Source: an uncultured Nitrososphaeraceae archaeon
GTDB taxonomy: Archaea > Thermoproteota > Nitrososphaeria > Nitrososphaerales > Nitrososphaeraceae
Assembly (NCBI GenBank): GCA_963765895.1
Contig: CAVXZB010000019.1
Coordinates: 128,001 to 192,000, forward strand
Reading direction: 5' to 3'
DNA: 64,000 nt
The notes under the pieces were generated by a model that was given only the letters and a program-made list of their open reading frames with translations, was not told where the DNA came from and made no database searches. The translations under genes were made by a program, and so were the position numbers. This document shows positions 1-11,840 of the stretch, in pieces (the stretch's first letter is position 1; every line of letters begins with the position of its first letter).

Positions 1-586
1 AACAAGACATGATTTGCAATCTTTCCAAACTAATAGACAGGTGAGAGCCTCGCTCGGTTGAGAGGAGCTCATGCACTTCGTCAATAATGACCCACTGGAG
101 ATTACCAAGATGATTGAGTAATTTTTCATTGACAAGAATTATAGCAAGTGATTCAGGCGTGGTTATCAGTATGTCAGGAGGAGAGGTTATAATTTTCCTC
201 TTGTCCCGTGCAGATGTGTCTCCATGTCTGATTTGGACAGTAAGGTTTTCGGATTCGGCATATTTTATGATTCTTCGAAATACGTCATTGTTTAATGCCC
301 TAAGGGGCGTGATATAAATAGCCTTTATGCCGTTGGATTCTGATTTTGGGTTGTGCACTGAGAGGCGTTCTTTGCTCAACGACGATAGTATGGGGATCAC
401 TGCAGCTTCCGTTTTCCCTGAGCCAGTAGGCGCAACAATTAGTGTATTAATTTTTCTAGCAATAGTCGGTATAGACTTCTTCTGAATTGCTGTTAGAGCC
501 TTGAAGCCTTCTCTCTGAAATTTTTCGTAAATGAAAGTCTCGTTGTCGAAGTTTTCAGTTACTGGAAGAGATTCCCTTATCTTCAT
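1..586 (-). CDS. lhr: Lhr-like DEAD/DEAH-box helicase, 5' part (runs off window start; +1 frameshift near nt 55)
   Basis: Manual minus-strand translation from ATG at 586 gives APTGSGKTEAA (Walker A), YITPLRALNND, RHGDT, LITTPESL and IIDEVHEL; ERGSHLSISLERL follows after a 1-nt shift. Confidence 0.85.
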   Translation of the reverse strand, partial: MKIRESLPVTENFDNETFIYEKFQREGFKALTAIQKKSIPTIARKINTLIVAPTGSGKTEAAVIPILSSLSKERLSVHNPKSESNGIKAIYITPLRALNNDVFRRIIKYAESENLTVQIRHGDTSARDKRKIITSPPDILITTPESLAIILVNEKLLNHLGNLQWVIIDEVHELLSTERGSHLSISLERLQIMSC

Positions 587-1056
587 GATATTGTTTTGCG
601 TTAGAGGATGATTTTTCATAAATTATTACTCCTAGCAAACCTAAGATGAAGAGCCCCAGTGCTCCCCAAACATATGAATCAAAATTTGCGATAGCTTCAA
701 AGACCATCAACCAGTCATCGTTTATTCGTGAATATATTCGTTGGTAAAGGATTCGAGTTAATGCTGGGATATAGGTCCAATGTCTAGCGCAATATTTGAG
801 AAATTAATCAGGAAGACTGCCACGAACATTCAATATTTGTATCTTCATACTCGGTCAGGCCATAAATTTTGATGCGACAAGGGTGACCACCACCACAGTG
901 TTTGGTTGCAAGTATATGGGTGACTTATTGATTACTCCTAGATTATGACGGCCTTTCCGACTGTAGTTGTTAAGCGGTTATGTCTACAACATATTTTTTG
1001 CTGAGCAATATGATTATATGTCTTGCCTCCCCTGCAACCATTGTAGAATAAAAAAT

Positions 1057-2085
1057 ATGCAGACACCTGATACCAAGTCACAGAAAAAGAAAGCAGTGGC
1101 ACTCCTATCTGGTGGCCTAGATAGCAACTTGGCAGTTAGAATTATGCGCGAGCAAGGCATAGACGTAGAAGCGGTGTCAATCAAAACACCCTTTTGTGAT
1201 TTTGACTGCGGTAGAGGATGTGGGCACAATCTAAAGGAAGTCGCGTCTGATCTGGGCATTAAACTCAAGACTATATACTTGGGAGAGGATTATCTCAAGA
1301 TGGTGAAGAACCCGAAACACGGCTACGGTTCTGGTATGAATCCTTGCATAGATTGCAGAGCTATGATGTATAGGAGTGCAAAGGCCCATATGGATGAAAT
1401 AGGAGCCGATTTTTTAATCACTGGCGAAGTTCTTTCTCAAAGACCGATGAGTCAGAATAAAAGAGCATTGCAGATTATTGAGCGAGCAGCCGAAGTTGAG
1501 GGCAAGGTCGTGCGGCCATTATCCGGAAGAAACCTTCCTCCTTCCGAGCCCGAGATTTCCGGTCTGATAAAACGCGAAAACCTTTATTCCATAAGTGGCA
1601 GGTCTAGAAAAGAACAGCTCAAGCTGGCAAAGCACTACGGCATAAATGACCCTCCCAACGCTGCTGGGGGATGCTTGTTAACAGATCGAAGCTTTTCAAA
1701 TAGACTAAGAGACCTTATCGCAAAGTGTGATTTTGACATGACTTTAAATGATGTAGAGCTCCTGAAAGTCGGTAGGCATTTTAGATTGTCTGATACCGCG
1801 AAACTAATAGTAGGTAGAAAGGAGGAAGAAAATGAAATTATAAGTAGTCTTTCGAGGAGTAACGACCTATTACTGGAAGCAATAGAATACAAAGGACCGG
1901 TGGGAATGATACGGGCAAGTGATCCAACGTCGTTATTGATCACTGCCGCAGCAATAGTTCTCAGATATTCGGACGCACCTAAATTAGGCGCATCTGCGGT
2001 GGGAGTCTATACTGGTGATCAGATTTTGTTCAGTATAAACACAATTCCATGTGAAGAATCATTACTTGATAATTTGAGAATCTAA
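1057..2085 (+). CDS. ThiI/MnmA-like tRNA sulfurtransferase (PP-loop ATPase)
   Basis: ALLSGGLDS PP-loop, NPCIDCR, TGEVLSQRPMSQ and AGGCLLTD. Start placed at MQTPD (1057); the ORF track starts at 967. Confidence 0.8.
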   Translation: MQTPDTKSQKKKAVALLSGGLDSNLAVRIMREQGIDVEAVSIKTPFCDFDCGRGCGHNLKEVASDLGIKLKTIYLGEDYLKMVKNPKHGYGSGMNPCIDCRAMMYRSAKAHMDEIGADFLITGEVLSQRPMSQNKRALQIIERAAEVEGKVVRPLSGRNLPPSEPEISGLIKRENLYSISGRSRKEQLKLAKHYGINDPPNAAGGCLLTDRSFSNRLRDLIAKCDFDMTLNDVELLKVGRHFRLSDTAKLIVGRKEEENEIISSLSRSNDLLLEAIEYKGPVGMIRASDPTSLLITAAAIVLRYSDAPKLGASAVGVYTGDQILFSINTIPCEESLLDNLRI

Positions 2086-2764
2086 AGCAGTTATTTTAGT
2101 TACGTATAGCAAAATACTCATGTGGTGACGGAGATGGTTGCATACTGAAATGCGGCGAATCTAAATACTATGCTCTTACGTAAGCGCAACGCATTGATGC
2201 AGAAACAAAATGAGGTTAGATAGGACGGGAATTCTCAAAAAATTACGAGATATCCACTTTTTGAACCATCTTGTTACTGAACACAAAAATTGTGGATTTT
2301 ACTCTTTCTTAAGATTAATTATGCACAAGCCAGAACAATAAATAATCTGTTGGCTTCGCGATGCGTTTTGACTTGGATAGAGTATCCTTCGAAATATATT
2401 ACAGCGTTGCGAGCTAATAATGGCAAAGGGAGCCTTACTAATGGATCCAAGAGTTACCATATTGTATACGTGTTGATGCAATTAGTAACATACATAAGTT
2501 ATTTGCCAATCGAAGAGTGGATCAAATGTATCGTTGACAACATACATTTCGTGAAATCGACTTCTTGTCGAATAATTTCTAAAGACGCTCAGGTAATCGT
2601 CAAATATTGTGTCATAACAAACACGAATCGAGTTCGGTGACTCTATCAAAAGCTAGAGTGGAACATCAGAGCTATGATGCTAAGTAGTGATTTCGGTAGA
2701 TTTGAGGGAAAGCGTAAGACACCCTAAAATATTCCAACCTGCCATTTGGCAATTAGCGTTTGAT

Positions 2765-4648
2765 TTAAACAAGCCTAACTGATTCTTCTACTAACGGATA
2801 CTGTGTTTGAATTTTAAGAATCTTATTAACTGAATTTGCTAAATTCTGAACTCTTGTTTTTTCACCATGATTAATCAATACTCGTCTAAGTTTTTGTTTC
2901 ATTCTGCTTATATAGGCCAGTGACTGATTATAATCATTGTGTGGAGATAGCCCGTTTATTGTCTCGATCTGTAATTGTAAATCAAATACCTCATCTTCAA
3001 CTAATTGACGAGTTGAACCATCTTGGATGCTTTTCCCTAGTGTTCCGGGTATTTGATAAGATGTAAAAACGATCTTATTTGTTGGAGATCTGCAAATTTG
3101 TTTTAGATAGTGAACAGATGGTCCGCAGTTAAGCATTGATGAAGGCGCCAAAATAACAGCAGGTCCGGCATCTAGATTCGATGAATCAATTGTCTTAAGG
3201 TTATCAGGTCTTAAAGGATTTTCGTTACCTTGAGAAAGTACTGTTTGCAATTCTTTTGATAGATACTGAATGTAACTATCATAAATAGATGTAGTTTCTG
3301 CTATGATTTTCTCGATGAGAATTGATGATCTCTTGATCTTCCCCAGAGTCATGTAGCGGTTGATAGTCAACATCAATTCTTGCGGAAGTCCAACTGAGGG
3401 TACTGGTAAGAGTACTTTTCCTCCTTCAATAATCGTATTATTTAAACTTTCAATTAAAGTGGCATCTGCCTCATCACGGTGTGGGAAAACGTCTTGTCTT
3501 CCGCCGTACGTTCCTTCTATAATAAGTGTCTCAACTCTTGGGAAATTCCAAACGGCATTGTCAAGAGAATATGTCCTTCCAAACTTTAGGTCACCAGAAT
3601 AGACCAAATTATGATCGCCATTACCAATATGAATGTGGATTATAGAAGAACCTATAATGTGTCCGGAGTTCCCGAGGGTTATCTTGATGTCTGGAGATAT
3701 ATCTGTCACGCTTCCGAATGTCAACGGAATGGTGTGAAGAATCATCTTCTCTATCTCTTTTATTGAGTAAAATGCCTGGGATCCAGCCTCCTCAATAAAG
3801 TGCTTGTGCAAAACGTACATGAGATGCACTGTTGGATCAGAACAATAGACCGGACCAGAATAGCCATACTTGAAGAGCGCCGGGAGGAATCCTGTATGAT
3901 CTAGATGAGCATGACTAATTACTACGGCATCGATATCGTACATTTTTATACCCAGGATGTCAAACCTCGGCATCGCGGTAATTCTATCTCGTGAATAAGG
4001 ATTGATCCCACAATCAAATATAACTTTGCTCTCGTCAGTAACAAGCAAAAAACAAGATCTTCCAGCTTCGCCGAAGCCACCCAAAGCGATTATACTAGCC
4101 TCAACGGTCTCGCTCAACTTGGATCTAAATATTTTTTCGCCTACTATTTTATAAAATTGTGCACGTTCTTCCACTCCTTTCTTCAAGACATCGTTAATTT
4201 CCTTTATGCTTGTGATCATCTCAGGACTTCTCATTAAAATGAGCTTCCACCCTGTTTTCTTTAGAAATTCACTACTGATACTGTTGAAATCAGTAGATGT
4301 TGGTAAGCTTTGGATCCACACCCTGGCCTCTCCTAATGCATCATCAAAAAAAATCTCTCCTATTCCGTTCTCAGCCGGCAACACCTCTAGTAACATTTTC
4401 AATGACTCTTTTTCAGGCAGTCGGATGGACTCATCTGTGCGGATGACTATCCTCTTCTTAAGGATATTTACCATATTAGAAATAATTTGTGTATCCTTCA
4501 TGATGAACTCAATATTTTTTGCATAAAGGGCAATTCTCGGGCCCTCGTAAACAATCTTCGTAAGACCGGAATCCGTAGGTATATTATTCAATATACTAGC
4601 CATAATGTTCTGTTTTGAAGACTCATTTCCTGATGAACTATTTTGCAT
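2765..4648 (-). CDS. aCPSF1/FttA-family beta-CASP ribonuclease with N-terminal KH region (divergent)
   Basis: YEGPRIALY N-terminus, LGGFGEAGRS, DCG, SHAHLDH, GHIIGS, SGD, EGTYG, SPHND and NHGE motifs. Confidence 0.85.
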   Translation of the reverse strand: MQNSSSGNESSKQNIMASILNNIPTDSGLTKIVYEGPRIALYAKNIEFIMKDTQIISNMVNILKKRIVIRTDESIRLPEKESLKMLLEVLPAENGIGEIFFDDALGEARVWIQSLPTSTDFNSISSEFLKKTGWKLILMRSPEMITSIKEINDVLKKGVEERAQFYKIVGEKIFRSKLSETVEASIIALGGFGEAGRSCFLLVTDESKVIFDCGINPYSRDRITAMPRFDILGIKMYDIDAVVISHAHLDHTGFLPALFKYGYSGPVYCSDPTVHLMYVLHKHFIEEAGSQAFYSIKEIEKMILHTIPLTFGSVTDISPDIKITLGNSGHIIGSSIIHIHIGNGDHNLVYSGDLKFGRTYSLDNAVWNFPRVETLIIEGTYGGRQDVFPHRDEADATLIESLNNTIIEGGKVLLPVPSVGLPQELMLTINRYMTLGKIKRSSILIEKIIAETTSIYDSYIQYLSKELQTVLSQGNENPLRPDNLKTIDSSNLDAGPAVILAPSSMLNCGPSVHYLKQICRSPTNKIVFTSYQIPGTLGKSIQDGSTRQLVEDEVFDLQLQIETINGLSPHNDYNQSLAYISRMKQKLRRVLINHGEKTRVQNLANSVNKILKIQTQYPLVEESVRLV

Positions 4649-5302
4649 GTTTTATCATTTCACTACTAATATGACAATGTTAAGCCTTAAAGCGCGGTTT
4701 AACTACATTTGTAACAGTATTGCCATTTAAAGATGTTTCGTAAATGACGCATGGATAGAATAAGATGTTTAGATCAGTTGTTGTTTGAATCATTAAGTTG
4801 AAATAGCGCAAACATGATTTTCTGACACTGACTGACTTGGAGACTAATAATGCACATTTTCTAGAAAAACGATCAGAAACTTATTCCGTATCCATGCAGT
4901 TAGCAATATCCTGTTGCCTTACAATTTATGTGCCACTTTGGTTATAACGTTGGTGACTTATTTCCGGGACATGTACGATTCAGACAAAGTGCGAACTTTA
5001 ATTAAGGGCTCAATTAAAGAGGAACGAATTATTAATAGGCAAGCGAGAAATGCAGGATCACTAGTTGCAAATGCCACATAGTCTTTATGAGAGAAACAAA
5101 CTTTGCTGACAATATTGCATATGATACTTCAGTAGTCGGGTACACGATTTACTACAGCTGCTAATAGAGAGATCTCTTCAAATCACTATGAAGCCAGTTG
5201 ATGACCCACGTTCCTACTGCAAAACTATTTTAGTGAGAACAAGCATATTGACGAATTCTAGCAAATGAATCAATATTTACACCTTTGTATTGTTGTTTTG
5301 GG

Positions 5303-6385
5303 ATGAATATGACCAGTCTGGGTTCTAATTCTACCCACTTGATGGAATTTCCTAGGAAGATCCTCATTGGTCCAAACGTAATCCAGGATTTGGGATCGTT
5401 TCTGACCGCGTTGAGTGAGAATTTCTCAAATCTTGCAATTGTGACCGGAAGGACTGTGAAGTCAAGAGTTCAATCAATGTGTCAGTCATCTCTAAGTAAT
5501 TTTTCCTTTAATGATGCTTGGTATACTGTTAATGATGCAACAATGTTTTCTGTTAAGTCATTAGAAGAGAGTATGAGCTCTAATCTACCTGATGCTATCC
5601 TTGGACTTGGTGGCGGGCGTTCAGTAGACATTGCTAAGATGGCCGCATTTGATCTCGGAAAACCTCTCATAAGTATTCCTACTTCTGCTTCACATGATGG
5701 TATATCTAGCCCTTTCGTTTCTATACGAGGAATAGACAAGCCCTTCTCGATTCAGGCTAATACCCCTTTAGCTGTATTAGCCGATACTCATCTTCTCTCT
5801 GAAGCACCAAAACGCCTCCTGTCGAGCGGATGCGGCGACCTCGTAGCTAAGGTTACCGCAGTAAAGGATTGGGAGCTCGCAAGGGAGGATACTAATGAAT
5901 ACTATGGAGCATACGCTGCCAATCTTGCATTCCTGAGTGCAAAAATTATAATCGACAAATTTTCTGAAGAGAACCATGAGGATACCCAGAATGAAATTCG
6001 TACCATCATTGAAGCACTGATAAGTGCAGGTGTCGCTTCTTGTATTGCAGGTAGTAGTAGGCCGTGCTCTGGGGCTGAACATCTATTTAGTCATGCGATT
6101 GAATACGTCGCAGGACATGGTTATGGACTTCATGGTGAAAGAGTCGGATTAGGTACTATTATGATGGCAAAACTCCATGGGCTTGACTGGCAAAAAGTAG
6201 CGGACACGCTGCGAAATGTCGGTGCTCCGACGACTGCTAAAGAACTTGGATTAAATGAACAGCATATAGTCTCATCATTAGTCCTGGCACGATCATTAAG
6301 ACCGGACAGATATACCATTCTTAACAAAATTAAGCTAGACAATTTATCAGCCCTTGACTTAGCAAGATCTGTTTCAGTTATATGA
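5303..6385 (+). CDS. egsA: sn-glycerol-1-phosphate dehydrogenase
   Basis: GLGGGRSVD, PTSASHDGISS, SSRPCSGAEHLFSHA and LHGERVG motifs; start codon uncertain (5285/5303/5342). Confidence 0.93.
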   Translation: MNMTSLGSNSTHLMEFPRKILIGPNVIQDLGSFLTALSENFSNLAIVTGRTVKSRVQSMCQSSLSNFSFNDAWYTVNDATMFSVKSLEESMSSNLPDAILGLGGGRSVDIAKMAAFDLGKPLISIPTSASHDGISSPFVSIRGIDKPFSIQANTPLAVLADTHLLSEAPKRLLSSGCGDLVAKVTAVKDWELAREDTNEYYGAYAANLAFLSAKIIIDKFSEENHEDTQNEIRTIIEALISAGVASCIAGSSRPCSGAEHLFSHAIEYVAGHGYGLHGERVGLGTIMMAKLHGLDWQKVADTLRNVGAPTTAKELGLNEQHIVSSLVLARSLRPDRYTILNKIKLDNLSALDLARSVSVI

Positions 6386-6479
6386 AAGTCTGAAGCGGTC
6401 TGAAAAGCAATAACTTGCCGGGCTGCGAGGAAAAGCCTCTCTAGGATGTATTCACAGGTTATAGTATAACAAGAAGATG

Positions 6480-7239
6480 TTAGGCTGTCTTGTTCTCTGA
6501 AGCTTCCAATACTTTTTCGTCAGATTTTGGCTCTTCTAATGGCGCTGGAGACTCGCTCGTTGTCTTATATTCTTCTATAAAATAAACAGTCTTAATTTCT
6601 TTGACAAATTTGAAAATATCCTCTGCGATCGCTCTTTTGACAATTTGTAATCCCTCCAATAGATAACTCTCTCCTGGTAATCTAACTTCCACAGTTGATA
6701 TATCTGATTTAATTTCAATTGACTTATCATCAATTGGAATTCTTCTATTTATGAGCTGAAAAGCCTTTTCAGCAGTGCTATCCACTGTCTTCAAAATGTT
6801 CGCTTCGTAAACAAGCAAACGGCCAGCGTACTTGTGGTTAAAGTCAACTTGAACTCGACCAGAGCCTATGTACCTAACTGTACCACGACGTTGATCTCAG
6901 CTCTATTTCATCGCCTACCCCTACCTCATCTGCCTTTTCACCTAACTTTCGCTGTGCAATCATTCTTACTTTACTGGGCTCTCTTTCTCCAAATCCCTTA
7001 TCTGGAGTGACTGTAATACTTAATTTATCACCAGAATTAGCGTTTGCCAATGCTTCGTCAACACCCTTCAATACCCATCCTTCCCCTACGGATATTAGTC
7101 TTGATCCATATCGTCTATCTGGATCATAAATATTATTTTTTTTAGCTTCTTCTTCGTTAGTAGTTTCAAATACTTGGCTAGTATCTTTAATCTTGGCAGT
7201 ATAATCAACTAATATCAAAGTACCCTTCTCTAAAGTCAT
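6480..7239 (-). CDS. slyD: FKBP-type peptidyl-prolyl isomerase (long SlyD type), split by a +1 frameshift at ~6897
   Basis: ILVDYTAK, VGEGWVLKGVDEAL and PDKGFGER; removing one base restores GRVQVDFNHKYAGRLLVYE, joining ORFs 6874-7287 and 6480-6818. Confidence 0.88.
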
Positions 7240-7298
7240 AAAACTCGCTAATGATTTACCATATATTAAGTTTGACGCATGAAGCAAACCGTGTTCTT

Positions 7299-8441
7299 TT
7301 ATGGAATAGCTTTTAATTTTTCAGCCGCTATGCCTAAAGGTTCGTCATTCGTTTTGGCGTTTAACATACTAGTTACCGAGTTAATAGACGAAATTGTGCG
7401 CATGACGTGATATTTGTTCACTTCTCCCATACATCCTATTCTAAATACTTTTCCTTTTAGCTTACCGAAACCACCTGCAACCAATACCTTAAACTGCTTT
7501 GAAAGCGACGTTCTAAATTTGGAGTCATCCATCCCGTCCATGTAATTGAAGGCAATAACGACGTTGCTTCTTGCCTCAAGCTTGGCAAAAGGCTTGAATC
7601 CAATTGCACCCAAGCTGCTGTAAAAGGCGTCGGCACAGGTTGCGTGCCTTCTTATTCTAGTTTCCAAACCTTCCTCCAACACCATATCCAAAGCTTCATT
7701 GAAAGCAAAAAAGAGAGGCAATGCAGGCGTAAATGGTGTCTCAAAATTTTCTTCAAAATATTTAAAGTATCTTGCGAGATTAAAATACTGAGTCGGAGGT
7801 GGGTTGGACTTTAAGTACTTTTTAGCCTTGTCACTAATCGATATTGGCGATACGCCAGGAGGAGCCGCTAAGGCCTTTTGTGAAGCCGTTACACAGATAT
7901 CAATGCCCCACTTATCGACAGGAAGCTCATCGCCGCCTAATATGGAAACAGCGTCTGCAATGAAAAAAGCCCCCTTACTATTACATAGTTCGCCTAGCTT
8001 TTCCAAGTACCGTAGGGTTGTTCCAGTGGAAGTTTCATTGTAGACCGCGTATGCAGCCTTGATTTCATTCTTTTCAAACGCCTCTTCAATGGCTCCAAAA
8101 GGTGGATTTTCTCCAAATTCGGATTCTACTCGAATCGCATGTCCCCCCCATGCATCAATTAAATCTGCCAGACGATTTCCAAACTCACCATTGACAGGAA
8201 CAAGCGCTTTATCGCCCTTTCTAATCATGTTTATCACAGATGCTTCAACAGCACCAGTACCTGATGCTGTTAACAAAATAATGTCGTTCTCAGTCTGAAA
8301 GACTTGTTTGGTTTTCGATACAATAGTCTTGTATAGATTTCTAAAATCATCGCTTCTGTGATTAATAATTGGAGTAAGCATAGCATTCATCACTCTCTCG
8401 GGCACATTGGTTGGACCAGGCACCATCACTAAATATTCCAT
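7299..8441 (-). CDS. Class V PLP aminotransferase (alanine-glyoxylate/serine-pyruvate type)
   Basis: MVPGPTNVP, SGTGAVEA, NETSTG, DAVS, ASQKALAAPPG and FRIGCMG motifs. Confidence 0.92.
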   Translation of the reverse strand: MEYLVMVPGPTNVPERVMNAMLTPIINHRSDDFRNLYKTIVSKTKQVFQTENDIILLTASGTGAVEASVINMIRKGDKALVPVNGEFGNRLADLIDAWGGHAIRVESEFGENPPFGAIEEAFEKNEIKAAYAVYNETSTGTTLRYLEKLGELCNSKGAFFIADAVSILGGDELPVDKWGIDICVTASQKALAAPPGVSPISISDKAKKYLKSNPPPTQYFNLARYFKYFEENFETPFTPALPLFFAFNEALDMVLEEGLETRIRRHATCADAFYSSLGAIGFKPFAKLEARSNVVIAFNYMDGMDDSKFRTSLSKQFKVLVAGGFGKLKGKVFRIGCMGEVNKYHVMRTISSINSVTSMLNAKTNDEPLGIAAEKLKAIP

Positions 8442-8527
8442 AATCTAATCGATAAGACCGATCGTCCCCGTATTTATAATTACACGAATAGTAAAAATGA
8501 TAATACTCTCATGTGACAACACATGGC

Positions 8528-9617
8528 ATGTTCGCTAATAATAGAGATAAGGTTCTTGGTCTCATTTCTGAACTGCATTGTGACACATTAGTTTCCTTCA
8601 GGCCAGAAAATATCTACTATCTTACTGGGTTCTGGGGAGAATCAGTAGCGGTTTGCGCGAGAAACAGTTCTAAACTCATTTTACCACGATTGGAAGCCAA
8701 AAGGGCAGAAAAAGCAGCTCCGTCGTATGAAATAATTGCTTCAGAACGCGGCAAGCCCATTATAGAGCAAGTTTTGAACCAAATCAAAAGAAAAAAAATT
8801 TGCTCTGATTGTGATGACCATGTTTTGATAGAATTCTTGCTTAAAAACCTGACGAAAGGCTCTCTTATTATTAATTCTGAGCCTTTTTCTAAAGCTGAGG
8901 ATAATAAAGGAAAAACAAGAAATCGAGATGATAGCCAAGGCCTCTCAGATAATTGACAAATTGTATGAACGGTGTATTCAAGAACTAAGGCCAGGTCAAT
9001 CTGAAAGCTCGTTACAGGCGATTCTTGTTTATGAAGCACTGAGATCTGGCGCAAATTTGGTATCTTATAAATGGTCTACTAACCCAATTATTGTCGCATC
9101 GGGTCACAATAGCTCATATCCTCATGCTCAGGTCACGGATAGAATTTTTGGCAAGAATGACATAGTCGTCGTTGATTTGACCCTTCGATACAATAATTAT
9201 ATTGGAGATGCAACAAGAACATTTTTTCTTGGGACGCCAAGCCCAAGAGTTAAAAATGTCTATGAAGTAGTGAAGATCGCGCAGCAGGCCGGAATCGAAG
9301 CATTGACCTCACCACAAATATCCGGAAACATAGACAAGGTAACAAGATCAATCATAGCAAGAGGAGGTTACGGGGATGATTTTATACATTCTACTGGACA
9401 TGGCGTAGGATTAGAAGTTCACGAAAGACCTTGGATCAGGGCTGACGGTGAGGAGTGCATACAAAGTAATATGGCTGTTACGATAGAACCTGGAATATAT
9501 ATTAAAAACAAGTTTGGGGTGAGAATAGAAGACACCTTATTAGTAAAAAATAATTTTACTGGCGAGCCTGCAAGAAACTTCAACTCGTTTACTAAAGAGC
9601 TAATAGAGATTACCTGA
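8528..9617 (+). CDS. Xaa-Pro aminopeptidase (M24), split by a +1 frameshift at ~8897
   Basis: ENIYYLTGF N-domain; after the shift ARIIKEKQEI, DLT, DATRTF, HSTGHGVGLEVHE, TIEPGIY and GVRIED. Confidence 0.9.
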
Positions 9618-9678
9618 CTCTGATTACAGAAAATTAGCTGAATACAAACGGGAAAACCAAGACAAAACCTTACCATGA

Positions 9679-10976
9679 CTATTGCAATTGTTTTGATTTA
9701 GCTGCTCGAATCTCGATAATGTCCAGTAAGGATTTTGCAAACATTGGCTTATCTTGTATCGGTGTATGGATGACATTTTTCTCAACATCAACTATATAAG
9801 TCTCAATCTTGTCGGAACCAATTTTAGAGCAGTCTCTACCTATATCATTTGCAACCATCATGTCGCATCTAGATTTAATCAGTCTTTCATATGCCTTTTC
9901 AATCAAAACTGAACAAGGTAAGCTATATTCAGCTTTGAAACCAACCAAAAACATCTTATTCGATAAGTCTCTAACTTCATCAATAATCTTTTTGGTGGGA
10001 GACAATCTTAAATCAAGGTAGGGAGAATCACTTTTCAGTTTAATATTTGATTTGTCCGCTAGAGTATAATCACTTACCGCTGCGCTAAAGATACCTACGT
10101 CGTGTACTCTGAGCTAGACAATACCTGTCTTACAGTATTGAGCATATCTTCTGATGTACTTACATTAATTATTCTTGAGTCATTCAACTCCTCAAAATTT
10201 GAGCAGCCATTTCCAAAAACTAGTGTCACGTCGGCTCCCCTAGCCTTTGCTTCTCGAGCGATAGAGATGCCAGTCTTACCACTACTTAGGTTGCTAATCA
10301 CTCTGACAGGATCAATAAATTCAATAGTACCTCCAGCAGTGACAAGGACTTTTTTATTTTCGAACCAACTCTTTTGTGAGATTGGTTGAAGTTTTTTGAT
10401 GACAAGGGCAACAACGCTTTCGAAGGCGGTAACCTTCGCTTTGCCTTCGTAAATATCAGGTTCTAGAATATCGATTCCTACTTGTTTGAGCTTATCTATG
10501 TTGGCGAGAATAAGCTTATTGTAAAACATCGATTGATGCATTGCGGGACAAATAATTATCGGGATATTCGCTCCAACAGCAACCGATAGGATTGAAGTAA
10601 CGGAAGTATCGTCGATCCCATTTGCGATCTTGCTAATCGTATTGGCAGTACACGGATAGACGATAATAAGATCAGAAGTATTGTAGTCAGCCAACGAAAT
10701 GTGCTCTAGATTTCCGGTTAACTTCGTAACCACGTTGTTACCGGTGGCCCATTTCATCAGTTCCGGATTAATTAACTTTGATGAGCTGGTATCAGACATT
10801 ACAGGATAGACCTCAGCTCCATATCTCATAAGAAGCCGCGCAAGATCGACCGCCTTGTATGCCGCTACGCTACCAGTTATACAGAGTACTATCTTCTTAT
10901 TCAGAAGTACTGTACCCAGACTAGCGATAATATCTTTGGACGGATGTTTATTTTGATTTATTCCGGTCCCATTCAT
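9679..10976 (-). CDS. coaBC: Phosphopantothenoylcysteine decarboxylase/ligase, frameshifted at ~10103
   Basis: TGSVAAYKA, PAMHQSM and TAGGTIEFIDPVRVISNLSSGKTG; SAAVSDY, VGFKAE and VANDI follow the shift. Confidence 0.92.
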
Positions 10977-11833
10977 TCATCCACACCGTCGCCCTTTCCT
11001 AGCATGTTCTTCAATCTAGAATATTCATCATTGGACATATGAAAAATATTTTCTTTTGAGGGAAAGACTCCTGATCTTACGTCGTTGATATAATTGGAAA
11101 GTGCCACGGAAATCACCTCTGATAGGTTCAGATATTGCTTCACAAACCTAGGCTTTAACTTTCCATAAAGACCCAAAATGTCATGCAAAACGAGTACTTG
11201 TCCATCACAATTGTTACCAGAGCCTATTCCGATAATGGGTACCGCTGTAGATTTGGAAATTATTTCAGTCACTTCATCTGTGACCATTTCCAGAACAATA
11301 CTAAATACACCGGCCTGTTCCAAGGACTTGGCATCAGAAATGATTTTGCGAGTCGCAGCCAGAGTATTCCCTTGAGTTTGATATCCATCCCATAATACTG
11401 ATGTTTGCGGTCTTAAACCAACGTGTCCCATAACCGGTATCCCTGAATCGACCAGGGCCTTAATCGTACCAGAAATTTCAGTCCCTCCTTCAAGTTTAAC
11501 CGCATCACTACCTGCTTTGATAAGTTTTATGGCATTGTCAATTGCACTATTTACGGAAGTTTGGTACGAGCCAAATGGCATATCTGCCGTAATTAGCGAG
11601 TGTTTTGTTGCTCTACCGACAGCTCCGACAAATAGTAACATCTCCTCCATTTGTACTGGTATTGTAGATGGATAACCCAGCACAACCATTCCTGCACTAT
11701 CACCAACTAGAATAATGTCAATTCCGGCATTATCGCAGAGGAATGCCATCGGATAATCGTAAGCAGTTAGGACAGTTAATTTTTCAGTACTACTCTTCTT
11801 TAGTAAAATGTCGTGAACTCTAAGCTTCTTCAT
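10973..11833 (-). CDS. panB: 3-methyl-2-oxobutanoate hydroxymethyltransferase
   Basis: LTAYD, LVGDSAGM, ADMPFGSY, VKLEGG, MGHVGLRPQ and CDGQVLVLHD; start placed at MKKLRV. Confidence 0.95.
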   Translation of the reverse strand: MKKLRVHDILLKKSSTEKLTVLTAYDYPMAFLCDNAGIDIILVGDSAGMVVLGYPSTIPVQMEEMLLFVGAVGRATKHSLITADMPFGSYQTSVNSAIDNAIKLIKAGSDAVKLEGGTEISGTIKALVDSGIPVMGHVGLRPQTSVLWDGYQTQGNTLAATRKIISDAKSLEQAGVFSIVLEMVTDEVTEIISKSTAVPIIGIGSGNNCDGQVLVLHDILGLYGKLKPRFVKQYLNLSEVISVALSNYINDVRSGVFPSKENIFHMSNDEYSRLKNMLGKGDGVDE

Positions 11834-11840
11834 AGTGCAA

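Noticed and set aside
2290-2640. 116-aa ORF with faint resemblance to an Lrp/AsnC ligand-binding domain
   Set aside because: No convincing motif or start context; could be a relic or a chance ORF.
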